A stretch of 56,807 nt of DNA, the filler included, from Catajapyx aquilonaris (lineage: Eukaryota), in NCBI GenBank assembly GCA_000934665.2. It is 2 parts of 2 records of this genome, joined end to end, with 100 filler letters (N's around TTAATTAATTAA, not from the genome) between each part and the next. Parts side by side here need not be neighbours in the genome. Positions count along the whole stretch, not along the records: positions 28,449 to 56,807 come from JYFJ02004932.1; 1 more part is not named here. One strand, written 5' to 3'. How positions within the stretch are numbered: position 1 is the stretch's first letter; every line of letters begins with the position of its first letter. This document shows positions 42,876-55,537 of this stretch, piece after piece. The position numbers were made by a program, and so were the translations under genes. The notes under the pieces were generated by a model. It ran no database searches, had not been told where the DNA came from, and saw only the letters and a list, made by a program, of their open reading frames with translations.

Positions 42876-44384
42876 AGGGACACTCCACTCAAAATACAAG
42901 TTGGCCTCTAAAAATCAGGCAAAAAAATCCTGATTCCAAGAATGCGATCCGTTTATCTCTGAGGCGAACGGTAATGACAGGGGAAGATATGAAAGTCGGA
43001 ATAAATTCGACTTCTGATCGATCGTGGAGACGCCCTCCTCACCCGCGGCCACCGGGCGAAGTTGGGTACTCGCCACCTGGCGGCTGCCTGAGGAAGTTGG
43101 ATACCCGACACCAGCAGCGCGAGTTTGAAATGCAGTTCGGGGTCGGATATTACTGGCTGCTGCCAATGCATATGTTGTCACAGAGGTGTTACTAAACTTA
43201 CTTTCCGGACCTCGCCTTTGCTTGGTCCCTAATTGTTTACGGGTGAACTAGATCAGTGGCTCCCGCATCAGATCCCCATGACTCAACGCCCAGAGGGAAC
43301 GACTGGAAGGCGACACATGTTTATGTTTAGCACTTCGGCAGGGGGGGGGGGGGGGGGTTATCATTTCTGGCCTTCCACTCCGGCATCACATCAGTTTGAG
43401 AATAGCAGCTAAAATGTGTTTGGGCCGAACATTTTGCTAATGGCTCTGTTTCAATGACTTAATTCCAATATGAAGCACTATTGCGACTAAATTGGTGTAT
43501 GCGGAAGCAACAGAAATGTAGGCCACCGGTAAACAATTTAATAGGGCCCAAGCAAAGGCGAGGTCCGGAAAGTAAGTTTAGTAACACCTCGGTGATAACA
43601 TATGCACTGGCAGCAGCCAGTAATATCCGACCCCGAACTGCATTTCAAACTCGCGCTGCTGGTGACGGGTATCCAAGGTGGATAGAGATTCGGGTATCCA
43701 ACTTCCTCAGGCAGCCGCCAGGTGGCCGGGGGGAGGTGTCGCTGAGACTGGAGGGGCAGCCGCAGGTGGTCAAAAACGTCTCGGGAGAGCACGGACACCC
43801 CGACACACGACACACGACACCTCGCCTGCGCAGCATAAGAATCCCCATCGGAAGAAGCAATTCCAGTGATGGCTGCCGTAGTGTATTGGTAAGCGCGCTG
43901 GCCCGTAGATCAGAAGGCTGCAGGTTCGCGTCCCCGTGAGGCTTCCTTTTTTCCCCTCTTTTTTTCGTCGTCTTTTCTTACGTGAAGATAGGGCTGCATA
44001 CGCTGACGATAGGGCTGTATCCGCAACGAGTGAAGGTTATAGGTTGGGTTAGTACGTCGTACCCCTACCCCCTGCCCACATCAAGCAGTGAAAATTAATA
44101 TTCCAGCACTGAAACTATCCGGGCTTCCCGCACGATGGCGCGCAGGCGAGGTGTCGTGTGTCGGGTGTCGGGTGTCGGGGTGCCCGTGCTCTCCCGAGAC
44201 ACTTGTCAGGTGGCCGGGGGAGGTGTCGCCGAAACTGGAGGGGCAGGAGGTTTGCAGACGGCCTACTTTGAGATTTATTTCGCGGATTACCGTTTGCCTC
44301 AGAGAAAAACGGATCGGATTCTCGGAATCAGGATTTTTTGCCTGATTTTTAGACACCAACTTGTATTTTGAGTGGAGTGTCCCT
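42876..44384. mobile_element. Kolobok-type foldback element (TTAA TSD, AGG termini)
   Basis: TTAA|AGGGACACTCCACTCAAAATACAAGTTGG ... CCAACTTGTATTTTGAGTGGAGTGTCCCT|TTAA; further inverted arms at about 43070-43245 and 43525-43725. Confidence 0.75.
43871..43942 (+). pseudogene. tRNA-like sequence (pseudogene or SINE head)
   Basis: GGCTGCCGTAGTGTATTGGTAAGCGCGCTGGCCCGTAGATCAGAAGGCTGCAGGTTCGCGTCCCC followed by T runs; A/B-box-like motifs, but acceptor and T stems pair poorly. Confidence 0.5.
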
Positions 44385-45202
44385 TTAATATAACAGGTAC
44401 CTCGGTGTAGGTTTTTAAACTTTTAACTAAACTAAAAGTCCGTCCTCCTCTCCTTGGGCCTGATGCCTTGGTAAGTGAAATTATTGCATCCAAATTTACT
44501 ACAAGACAGTATTACGGTACACTATACTTCCAGGTACAGTATCATATTACCGGTTATCAGGTGGGTAGCCACCTGCCGATTGGCCTCCTCGTGTTCCGAA
44601 AGTGGAGGTGACTTCGCAAGCGAACTAATACTGAACCGACTAACTGCATGAAAGACACTTCATTGCGATATCGGAAATACACTGATTAAAATTGACGACG
44701 CGCTTTAGTATTTTTCCAATTACTACTAATTATACTCCTAAAATAATTATGACGCGGACTAAAGGGGCAAAAATAACTAATAATCACACAGGCCTGCAAT
44801 GGAAAAACTGATTGAAGACCAATAACCGATTCTGATGGATGTTTGGGTGCTGATTTCATTTCAGGAAAAGTACTTAAAAAGTTCCATCACCCACCAATTT
44901 TCCACAAACTCACATTTTAATTTCCATAGCCATAGCCTATATCCACTGTGTTAAGCTTCTAAGGGAACTGATGGGTATTCCGCGACAACCAATGGTTCTA
45001 GTACCATTATGAGGACAATTCAAGAACCAGTTTGTCAGAAAATGAGGTGTGGTGATGACTGATTCCTTTTGTTTCCCCCCTCTTCACACTTCATACTCTT
45101 TACCCAGCAGTGTTTCTCGCTTTCTCCAGGTGTCATATCTCAAGGAGTTTTTCTCCTTAGTAATGGAGTTTTACTTGTGGTTTTATTATGTGAAGTGAAC
45201 TA

Positions 45203-45497
45203 ATGGCTACAAGGGGCTGTATTGAATCACACGATTCCTTTTGTTACATTTCTGGGGAATTAGTAGTGAAGAAATACCCAAAAAATTAGACTTTATGATG
45301 ATCATGTGTTACGCATATTTAGGAGTACAATTTGGTGACCAGGATAAGCCACGGGTTGCACATAAATTGTGTCACACATGTGTAGAAGACCTGCGAAAGG
45401 GGTCAAAAGATGAAAAATAAAATCCCCTTTGGAGTACTTGTGATCAGGAGGGAACCCTGAATGCAACGTAATGATGACTGCTACTTTTGTTTGTGTA
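45203..45497 (+). mobile_element. Decayed 5' fragment of a Cys-rich DNA transposase (probably Sola-type)
   Basis: MATRGCIESHDSFCYISGE ... YAYLGVQFGDQDKPRVAHKLCHTCVEDLR ... FGVLVIRREP ... DDCYFC, with stops and frameshifts; matches a remembered GDQDKxWAPH / WREP..DCYFC transposase N-terminus. Confidence 0.6.
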
Positions 45498-45510
45498 GCT
45501 TATACGAGTT

Positions 45511-45512
<2 letters not shown>

Positions 45513-45561
<49 letters not shown>
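45513..45561. repeat. (TA)n microsatellite
   Basis: About 24 TA units adjoining the element at 45562. Confidence 0.95.
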
Positions 45562-45564
<3 letters not shown>

Positions 45565-46258
45565 GGTGGTTGTAAAGTAACTGCCTATTGGAAATGTGTA
45601 ATAAAATTGTCAAATATTGTTCGATTTTTATGAAACAAGTTTTATTCTGTACCTTACAATGGGAGAATTTAAACTCCCACCAGTATGCAACTCCACGGCC
45701 CCAGGTGGCAGCAGCAGTCCCGATACCAGTAAAAATGGCGCAGCTGGCGTCCCGTTTTGAAGTCGGGGGTCGGTGGTTAAAGTGCAGAGATGGTGGCGAT
45801 ACATACACGGACTTCGTGCCACAGTTCATCCGAGGACCATAAATAACTGCCATTCGAAGCTGATATGGGCGAACCATCGCAGTGCCACGTTTTCCTCTGT
45901 CCTCGATGTCGACGGACGACCACTCCTATGGCTGTCCATCACAGATTCCGTGCTCATCAGTTTCAAATGGCAGTTCTTTATGGTCCTCGGGTGAACTGTG
46001 GCACGAGGTTCGTGTATGTATCGCCACCATCTCTGCACTTTAACCACCGACCCCTGACTTCAAAACGGGACGCCAGCTGCGCCATTTTTACTGGTATCGG
46101 GACTGCTGCTGCCACCTGGGGCCATGGAGTTGCATGCTGGTGGGAGTTTAAATTCCCCCATTGTAAGGTACAGAATAAAACTTGTTTCATGAAAATCGAA
46201 CAATATTTGACAATTTTATTACACATTTCCAATAGGCAGTTACTTCACAACCACCCTG
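45562..46258. mobile_element. Tc1/mariner-superfamily 5'-5' foldback (697 bp)
   Basis: TA|CAGGGTGGTTGTAAAGTAACTGCC ... GGCAGTTACTTCACAACCACCCTG|TA; about 300-bp near-identical arms encoding VKVQRWWRYIH..RATVHPRTI.NCH.KL. The minus arm continues STESVMDSHRSGRPSTSRTEENV (DUF4817-like HTH plus GRP linker). Confidence 0.9.
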
Positions 46259-46261
46259 TAT

Positions 46262-46510
46262 ATATATAATATATAAAAGACGGATGTGAGTCTGTCAGTC
46301 TGTCCGCCCACCAATGCCATCTATTCTGTCGTCCATCCCAAACACCTACAGCCTCTCCCGCCTGTAAAACGCCTACCTACCATCTGTCGTCCATCCCAAA
46401 CACCTATACAGCCTCTCCCACCCTTCCTAATATATCAATAAAGACGGATGTCATTCTGTCTGTCTGTCTGTCTGTCTGTCCGTCCGTCCGTCCGTCCGGC
46501 ACGCCAACCA
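46262..46510 (+). mobile_element. Helitron/HINE-like 5' ends with (CTGT)n(CCGT)n microsatellite, two tandem copies
   Basis: ATATAAAAGACGGATGT..TCTGTC at about 46271 and ATCAATAAAGACGGATGT..(TCTG)n(TCCG)n at about 46434; direct repeat CTGTCGTCCATCCCAAACACCTA in between. Confidence 0.45.
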
Positions 46511-46789
46511 TCTCATTCGGGAAGCCCTACATGTGGGTCCAACATGGCCACCGGCGACCATGTTGGGTCCCCCACCCAATGTAGCACTTCCCTTTTGTAC
46601 CTATAAAGTTCAGCCTAGTCCGGTAGGGTCGCCACATAATTGCTCTGGGAAATGTCTCATGGCAGTCTCAGGTGAGCACCCGCTGCAAAACCCCTCGGCA
46701 GGGGGTGGGTGGGGAGTGACCTAACCTGAGTCTTCTATAACCATGGTCCAGACCTTAGTAGTCTATGACCATGGACCCGGCCTTCCTAA

Positions 46790-47417
46790 TGGGCCTGTCA
46801 CACAGGGCGCGGCGTGCGTCGTCTTCGACGCGTGCGACGCATACGCCGTGTTCAAAACCTGACACACTGGCGACGTTACACGACGCGACACGACGTGATC
46901 GAAATGGACCAAAGTTTAGACAGGGTACGGGACACGGAACAGGCCGTTATCCACAGGAACGAGGAGCAGCAGTTCTGGCTGCTTTTTCTTGGCTGTCGTT
47001 CATCGGGACTATTCTTGATCAACCCCCGTGATTCGGCATGAACAACTCGGACAAAGACGGTACCGACATCATGCTACATTGACGGCACCATTCATTGCAT
47101 GGTCCACTGCAATTGGTATCCGCCATCTTTGTCCTGCCACAGAGGAACGGGGACAGGGGGGAGTCGGGGACTAGGGGTTTGGTGGGGGGGGGGGCGGTCA
47201 CGTGGGGTAGAGCCTGCCCGCTGATTGGCCCGACGTCGAACGCCGCACGTCGCATACGACGCGACCCAGGTCTAGGAGCTGGTTTACGACGCAGCCCCAA
47301 ATCGCCCTCCGACGTGCGCGGCGCTTCCCGGCGCGGCCTGTGTGACAGGGTCGGCGCATGGTGCGTCGTATGCGTCGCGTACGACGCACGCGACGTAGCC
47401 TCTGTGTGACAGGCCCA
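46790..47417. mobile_element. PIF/Harbinger-type non-autonomous element (TAA TSD), CpG-rich
   Basis: TAA|TGGGCCTGTCACACAG ... CTGTGTGACAGGCCCA|TAA; sub-terminal CGACG repeats. Confidence 0.85.
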
Positions 47418-49206
47418 TAAAACTCTCATGGCGGCTCTCTGTGCGTGAAAATTTTTCCGGGCTACAGGTAGGTGTTATCCCTTCATTCATTTCTTCCCGG
47501 GCAACGTCGGGTATCGCAGCTAGTCGAACTAATAAAGATGACATTTCTACCAGAACCTCCCGTGGGCAATACTCGTGGGCCCAGGAAAATACCTACACCT
47601 ACAGAGAAAGTAGAAGACATGCCCAAAGACTCCTAAGACGACTATACTTATGATGATGACTTTTACGCGAAGTTAGGCTTCAATCTCACCATATTGTAAT
47701 ACAAGGGTCATAGATGGACGACATGCAGTGATCTAAAGTACTTTCCAGCCATTGGCTCTAGTGTGTAATCACTGATTATAATCATTACATAAATACAAAT
47801 ATGTTAACGAGCACGTATTAATTTCATCAATGTAACAATGAATTAATAATTAACACGAATAGTTTCTTAAATGGAAACATGAACGGAATTCCGGGGAAAT
47901 CATTTGAGTTGATGTTGGCACAGTTCTGCAGAATTGGTCCAGAATGCGGATAAGAGCAATAATTATTATGGAGGTAAGTAGTGCTTTCATCTTTAATAAA
48001 ATGTAGCTAGGCTGTTCTACTTGACAGGTATGGCTAAGTTTGCAATTTTGCACTAAGCTGCTTATTAAAATCAGTACCGTATTTCATTGCTGCTTTTTGT
48101 GGTGATCAAAAGTATACGGCTTATATTAGGTTGCGTGGACACATCGATTTTAAGGGCTACAAAAGGGGGGGAGCCAACAAAAAATGTTCTCTACCTAAAA
48201 GCAACTGCTTACAAATAAGCAGTTTAGAACTCTAAAAAACTGCCAACTGAAACTGGCATTCCAATGGCATTATTTTCTTAGTCGGGTAGGGTATTACCAG
48301 GAAGGAAAGAATATGCAGGTCCCCCGATTTTCTAACTGGTCCTGGAAACCAGACAGAAAATGTACGTCCTCCCGGAAATGTAGACAGAAAGTGCAACAAT
48401 ATTCTACTAAGTGAAGGTGTTGGGAAGAAAACCCCGCATGGCTATTAAAGCTCCGCGCCGTGTAGCTCAGCATCCGGGTATGACTTGGTATACCATCATT
48501 ACCATGTTCTCTCATACATATACACATTTTATCATGTTACATACCGCCCCATTGACCACTGGACCCCTCCCCACAACGATTTTTCAACGACTCTTTCACC
48601 AATACAATGGTTTCCTCACTGTGCCTGGCTGCAAAATGCCCCATCTCTAAACTGACCTACTTGTTCACTGGACCATGTCAACGGCAACTTGTGCGACTGA
48701 AAAACGGTACCCTGCACTATGGAAAACATGCCATGTGTCTCACAGATCCTGAGAGAGAAGTTCCATATGGCCCAGCTGGTAGAACGTGAAAATTACTGAA
48801 TCATAAATGCCAACATAATTATCAACGCGATGACGAGTTTCGTGATTCGAGTTGCAGGAGGCAGACGTTCTAAACTGTAGTCATTTTATGTAGAGAAAAA
48901 CCCCGACTTACGTAAATGGATAGTTCCGAAACCCTAGTATAAGTCGACTTTTACGTAACTCTGAGCCATGTAATTATGATGCATATACTGTACGTTCCAA
49001 AGCTACAATAGTTGTGACGGGTCTCGCAGCCATTTGTGTTGGTGTACCTTGTGGTTTTGGGATTCCCGAACCATTACTGTTCATCTTGTGTGCCTCAGCC
49101 TAAGGAACGCTGTTGTGGCTTTGCCAATCTTGTGCGTGCTGGCGAGACTCGGAAAGTCGCAGAGTTTTCATATGTCATAATTGACACAAGGTAATTCGGA
49201 AATTAT

Positions 49207-49542
49207 ACGGGGAAGGTGTGGTGGCCGAGATGGCTTGCTGAGTGAAAGGTCCCATGTTCGATCCCCGCCTGGGAGTTCCCTTTCACCTGCGTCAGGGGTC
49301 CCTGACCTACGCCTTGGAGGTGTCTGGCAACCTAACCTGCTGGGGGATTGCACATGGCCCAACCTTGAGACATTGCACTTGCACCCGTGTCCCCTCCCCA
49401 AAAATCCATATCCTCTCCCATTGTCCTGTTTCCTTGCACCGGAGATTGAAGAAAAAAAGTACAAGAAAATTGATGGTGGTGTACCCCCCCCCCCAAGGCC
49501 CATGTAGGCCTATCACGGGGTAAAATAATAATAATAATTTAA
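49207..49542 (+). mobile_element. tRNA-derived SINE with (AAT)n tail and 15-bp TSD
   Basis: TGGTGGCCGAGATGG and ATGTTCGATCCC boxes; TSD TAATTCGGAAATTAT at 49192-49206 and 49543-49557. Confidence 0.8.
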
Positions 49543-52500
49543 TAATTCGGAAATTATCATACGCTAGGCGCGACAATTCCGCGTTTTCCCGAGCTTCTTA
49601 TGCCCTCAGTTATCGCGGTGGTTGTCCGAAATGGATTGCATTCAGGTGGGATCGGCCTTTTAATCTGGGTTCCACTATAACGCTTTGGATTCCTTCATGT
49701 GACTCTGGTATAAAATTCCACTTCACATGCCAATAAAAAAAGCTCCTCACGCTGCATTACAGTCATCCCAACAACGAATGCCTAGTACATGCAACTATGA
49801 TATGAGCTACAGGTGAACCCTCCAGGGAGGCACCGACAAAAACCGATGATGCATGCAAGATAATTACATTTAATCTTCTCTGTAGTTAGGATAATCATGA
49901 CATGTAGCTGGAAGAGCCGTTCCTGTGGACATATCATCAACAACAATGCGCCAGCCCAACGCAGTATTTTATGTATCCTATTCCGAATGATTAGGCAAAC
50001 ACAAATCACATGTAAGGCCCTGGTCACAAGTGAAACAAATATCCTCCGATTTGTCTCCTGCGATAACATCTCCCGTGTGACCAACAGTCTCCTCTTTTGA
50101 GCGCCACAATTTGCAACACATCTCCTGAAAATAGAAAAGACGCTATTTTCATGAGCCTTTTTAACCCTTCTTAACCCTCAAACGCCAATACTTTTCCGAA
50201 GAGGGGCGTGGTTTCGACAGCATCGGATTTTGTTTCACGTGTGACATGCAGAAGAATCACCTAATAGTGGACTGCCAAGTCTGACATTCACTCTCCGGGT
50301 ACACCACAGCAGCAGTTGGTGATACACAAAATGAAAATATCTTCTAGTTCGCTATAGACAATTTCATAAGGCAAAACAAGTGTCGGGGAATTTTCACCGT
50401 CTTTGAACGTGCTGCCGCCCTCTCCTTTCATGGGCAAGTGTGATCTCCGCCTAAATGGAAACTCTTCCACTTGCAATTCTCATGCAAACATTTGAAAGTC
50501 TCAGGAAGTGCATTCCCAGTCTAAAGACTTACAAAAGTATCGGCAAGACTTGTAGTGCGAAATTGCCCTATGTTATAATCGGCTCAAGGCAGGCACCTCA
50601 TTTGACTCAATGCTTAGGCTCACTGTCTGTACGGCACGCCACTGCCATCAAAGCAAAACCCTACCATCGAACCATTCAAGTGGGTTGCCAAGAGGAATTT
50701 GCGGGGCCGGGCTAGAATGGAATGGGAAGAACGCCCGCCTTTCAGACAATCCCTCCTTACTTCCCTATACCCTCCCATACCAACCTGCACCCTACACCAT
50801 CACCAGCATCAGTAATGAAATCCTGTGCAAGGCAAGATGGAGAGAAAGGCAAAGCAACCTTCTTCAAAAGATTCCGAAGGAAAGCGACAACCAACCATTT
50901 GGTATTCTAATCTCTTCAGAACGCTCTACAAGCTAATGCATTTGAAAGTCTTCCAAAGGCTTCTTCGTTTTTCCCTCCCAATGTTGCATCAATTCGTTTG
51001 TCGCTTTTCTTTGCGAGTGAGGCACCGGTTGTGTTTCCAAGGAACGACCTCTTGAGAATCACATAGACAAAAAGGTCAGGCAAGAAACTGTATATCCATC
51101 ATTGTCCAAACGATTCATGTCTTGTCCCAGTTACATTTAATAAAAGTTCTATTCCTGCGCGGATTCGGCATTCAACTTGTCACATTTGATCACATTCGGC
51201 ATCATATTTTCTTTCTTCCTGTCCCGTCCCTGAAACAAGTGACAAGGTAATGCAAGAAAAAGTATATTTGACATTGTCACGAAACTTTTTTAAAATGTTT
51301 GCGACCTTCCATTTTCACTTCATACACACATCTGCGCACATACTTCCACTTGCATAACTTGTGTCTATGCTTGATCCTTAACATTTGATATCTGGGGTTA
51401 AATCTTTTTAAATAGAGTATATATTTGGAACTAATACAAATAGCAATGGGGAAATACAACAAAATTACACGAAGAGATAAAACCATGGGAATAACAGGAA
51501 ATCCAGGGAGTCCAAGGAGTACAGAAAGTTAGATGGACATCATACGAAACTACATTCGAAGAACCTGTTTTGTGTCTGCAACTTGGACTCATATTGGCGC
51601 GTACTTTTGGAGAGCTACTGGACTACTGAACTGGGTTAAGCGTATGACCTGTTGCCTGAGGCCATTTCCCCGAATTAGCAGAAGTAACAAGTGTATTATA
51701 CAGTAAACACTGTATGAAACGAGGAAAAGGTACGAGGCAGTTTCGAATGAATTCCATTTCCGTCAAAATTCAGCAGAAAACGCTCAATTCATGTCAGGCT
51801 CATATTTCAAAATTAATTTGAAATGTCACATTTTCACACTATTAACAGTGGTAAGGCAGGAATTAACCCCAACCATTGATGCTTCGACTATAAACGGGTG
51901 ACGCTGTATTTTTAGAGCCACTCTTCGGCACATTTATTTCACTATGCCTTCTCCAACGTGTTCAATTGATTCCTGGCGGACCTTGTAAACTGTATCTCTC
52001 AGTCTAGATTCATTAGTGGCTCGGAAGGCAGTTAATCTAGCCTTACAAATTGCTGGCATGCAGTTTTACGATCGGGCTCGGAACATTATAGCATTCCAGC
52101 TGAGGAACACACGAACAAAATACATCAGCACTCTAACCGCTATCAACCATGATGCGAATCAATTCGTGCTCGTGATCACTTACTATTCCCATTAAATATT
52201 TATATACCGGTCATGTTCTAGAACATGTCAGCGGTAATCCTAGACGTCGTCAATTCCACAGCGCGGTTTGAAAAATGCTTCTGCAATTCGATTCGCCCCA
52301 TGGCGCCCCACCCGACGGAAGTAGATCCTGCCGGTAACACAGTTTATATATGATCCCCACCGATATATGCACCTCCGGCGAGACTATATCATTGCGAGAG
52401 GTAGCAAATAACCGGAACCCCCCGTCCTCCTGCCTCTAAAGTGGCCTCCCATGCATTTGTCGTCAAGGAGCCGTGAGAAACGTCATTTGGAGAGGCGGAT

Positions 52501-54248
52501 AGAGCGAAAAAAATAAATAAGCATAGGGGGAAAAGGACTCGTGCTTACGGTACTCTTGACTTACGCAACTGTGTAATACTGAATACTGATATTCACGTTG
52601 GAGGAGATATCTCTAGTTTTCGTACGTTTTTTGGCCGCCTATTTGGCTACACATACGCAATTATGCCAGGGGAGAACTACATATCATCTTCTGGTCCGTG
52701 AATTGGAAAGCTGCGTCGAGATTACGGATCTTCTCACCTGGGGTGTCTAGTGGTCCATTTCGCTTGACAGGAGGTCCATAAACGCGAGGCGGTTCTACAT
52801 CCAACGGGTAGGGAAAAGTGGTGGAAAACTGCCTCCTCCAAACGCCCTACAGCTTGGTTGAGTGGTCAACTTGTTTTCGATGACATCGAGGGGCGGATTC
52901 CGGATACATGACTCATGGCCCGAGTTTCTTCGTATGGTGTACAGTACACTGTACAGCTCTATATCACATTACAGGCACTTGTTCCTTCCTTGTGACTTCA
53001 TTCAATTGTAATTATTCCTGATAATATGGTACAGAGGTACAGTGCTGCTGCCATCTCTGCTCATGACACGCCTTATTGTTCTTGGGGAGATCCCATGAAT
53101 AAACCTTCCACTCAATATTATTTTCTTTCCATCATTCGTCGCCTCTTTTATCCCCGTCTATGCCTGTCACATGCCTTACGGAAACTGAGACCTGTCATTG
53201 TGGGAATATGGTTCGCGTTTGAATTTCTATAAATGTCGCGCTGATCTCAACCTTTGATCGGTGGGTAGGCAAGATCTTACTGAATCCGAGTCGTTCTCAT
53301 TTCTCTATATGCAATCGCATACGGTTGGCTCTCCTGTCTCATGTTCACTTTATCTATATTACAAAATCAGCAGAGAGAAAAATTAATGCATTGCACCCCT
53401 CACGCATCATACAATTCATAATTTCAGTCGTTATATTTCCAGTTGATAAACAGCGAACATCAATAAAATACTTCACAATAAAAATATTACTTTTGTGAAA
53501 TGCCCCAGTCGTATATACGCTGGCACACTGACGGTTTCATAATAGGAGATTCTCGAGCGTAGCTTCAGTTACGAAAAAGTCGTATTTCTTTTCTGCCTCG
53601 AGGATACAAGTGCAGAGTAATAACCCACAAGCCCAGCAGGTCCCTTTTTGACATCTGTCAGGCTCCCTCGGTTCCAGAGAAGAATTTTTAAGGCAGGAAC
53701 TAAATGCAAATTTAATAATAATTAGTCGGCCACGAAATCTTCCACTGACTTTTCATAACAGTATTTAATAACCATAATAAGTATTATATTCTGAAAAAAG
53801 CTGCGCATCTTTTGATGGTCATCAAGATTATTAAATTTTATACCATGTACTGTATAGAACCTTCATTCGAAACTTGCAGATCATTATAACACTTGAAAAG
53901 CACAAACCCAGTTCCCAGTGTACAGTTCCCGCATGGCATTTGGAACGTGTATGTTCTGTAACTGGAGAATTTTGTTTAAAATTCAGACACTCCGATTCAT
54001 AAAACCGATCAATCATAGTCTGCTGAATTGCTACTGGGCGTCTCTATGGCCCTTCATATACACTACACTCATGTCGAATCCAACTCCCATCATTAACCCC
54101 TTCGCTACCAGCTATACCGCCATAGCCTAGATTTTCGTTTGAACCGTTCAACTTACTCGTACTCTGAAGATAAAAACAATATATTTTACAAATAATGACA
54201 GCTACACTTACACGTTCATGCTCTACGCTATGTATGTGTTTGGAACTA

Positions 54249-54459
54249 CAGTAAAACTTCTCATGTTGGACACCTTAATAAGTTGGCCACCTCTCTATGT
54301 TGGATATTACTTTTGGAACAGTCAAAAAGCCTATCCCTTGTAATGTTGCTAAGTTGGACACCTGTCTATCAAGAGATTTAAATCCTAATTTGGTGGACAC
54401 CACCCTATGTTGGACATTTTAATGGAACGCTCCGTGTCCAACACAGACCGGTTGTACAG
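54249..54459. mobile_element. pogo/Tigger-type MITE
   Basis: TA|CAGTAAAACTTCTCATGTTGGACAC ... GTGTCCAACACAGACCGGTTGTACAG|TA; repeated GTTGGACA motifs; interrupts repeat unit 1 of the host element. Confidence 0.65.
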
Positions 54460-55014
54460 TATTTCCATCGTCTAGAAGTCCCTAAATTAATTTCCGAAAA
54501 GATCGCCGCAGAGTAGATCTATACCCCCATCGACGAGATTCTGGCTTATACGTATTCTGAAGATAATGAGATGATATTTTACCAATAATAACAGCTATAA
54601 TACACATTCATGAAAAAGACTCTGCAAGTGTTTGGAACAATAAATTTTCATCGTATAGAAGTCCCTAAATTAATTCTCAGAAACATAGCGACAGAGTACT
54701 ATCGCCTAAACTTTAGCTTACACGTACTCTGAAGATGGGGACAAGATATTTCATAAATTATTATAACAGACATTTTCAGGTTCATGCTCTTCACTATGAA
54801 TGTGTTGGTAACAATTTTCATTCGTTCAGAAGTCCCTAAATTAATGTTCACAAGTAATAGCTTCAAATTCAAGTACTACTGGTAAACCGTTAGGCCATCG
54901 CCTAGATTCTCGATCACATGTACAGAGTGTTTCAGAGTCACGGGTCAAGCGCGCGCGAGGGGGTGGGGAAAAATCGTAGGTGGCGACAACCCCGGTTGGT
55001 TTTATAAAACACTT

Positions 55015-55261
55015 GAAGAGCACAGGGGAAAAACGGGGAATGTCACAGAAAAAATGTCCATGAAAAATCGAAGAAATAGCTTTATTTCTTCACGTGTCTA
55101 AAGAAAAATAGGGATATCTTCACGTCATTATATGCAACTGTCACCCTTGTACCCATGGAAAGCCCCCAGGTATAAGTGTCACCTATGCTACTATTGTACT
55201 GTGCACTTGGCAGGAACCCCCAACGGAATGTGACATTCCCCGTTTTTCCCCTGTGCTCTTC
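55015..55261. mobile_element. MITE with 4-bp TSD (Sola-like)
   Basis: ACTT|GAAGAGCACAGGGGAAAAACGGGGAATGTCACA ... TGTGACATTCCCCGTTTTTCCCCTGTGCTCTTC|ACTT. Confidence 0.8.
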
Positions 55262-55370
55262 ACTTAGAAATACGGCAGTAATCAATTTATTTATTACGGC
55301 CGTACGGCGTGACGTCACATCCTTTCTGTATGCGAGTTGACCCCCGCGGACTGGCAAATGCAAGGCAAAT

Positions 55371-55537
55371 CTGCCGTCAAATGTAAGAAGACCGTAACTC
55401 AAAAACTAGTCAGGGTGAGAGTCGTATGCATGCCCTGCTCTAATCCCTCCCGATTCAGAGGGTGTTAGTGCAGGGCGTGCATGCGACTTTCACCCTTACT
55501 AGTTTTTGAGTTACGGTCTTCTTACATCTGACGGCAG
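55371..55537. mobile_element. Palindromic MITE with AAAT TSD (Sola1-like)
   Basis: AAAT|CTGCCGTCAAATGTAAGAAGACCGTAACTC ... GAGTTACGGTCTTCTTACATCTGACGGCAG|AAAT; the opposite arm of the host shows the empty site. Confidence 0.85.

Noticed and set aside
43871..43942. Functional tRNA-Tyr (GTA)
   Set aside because: Acceptor, anticodon and T stems pair poorly and the B box is altered; treated as tRNA-derived only.
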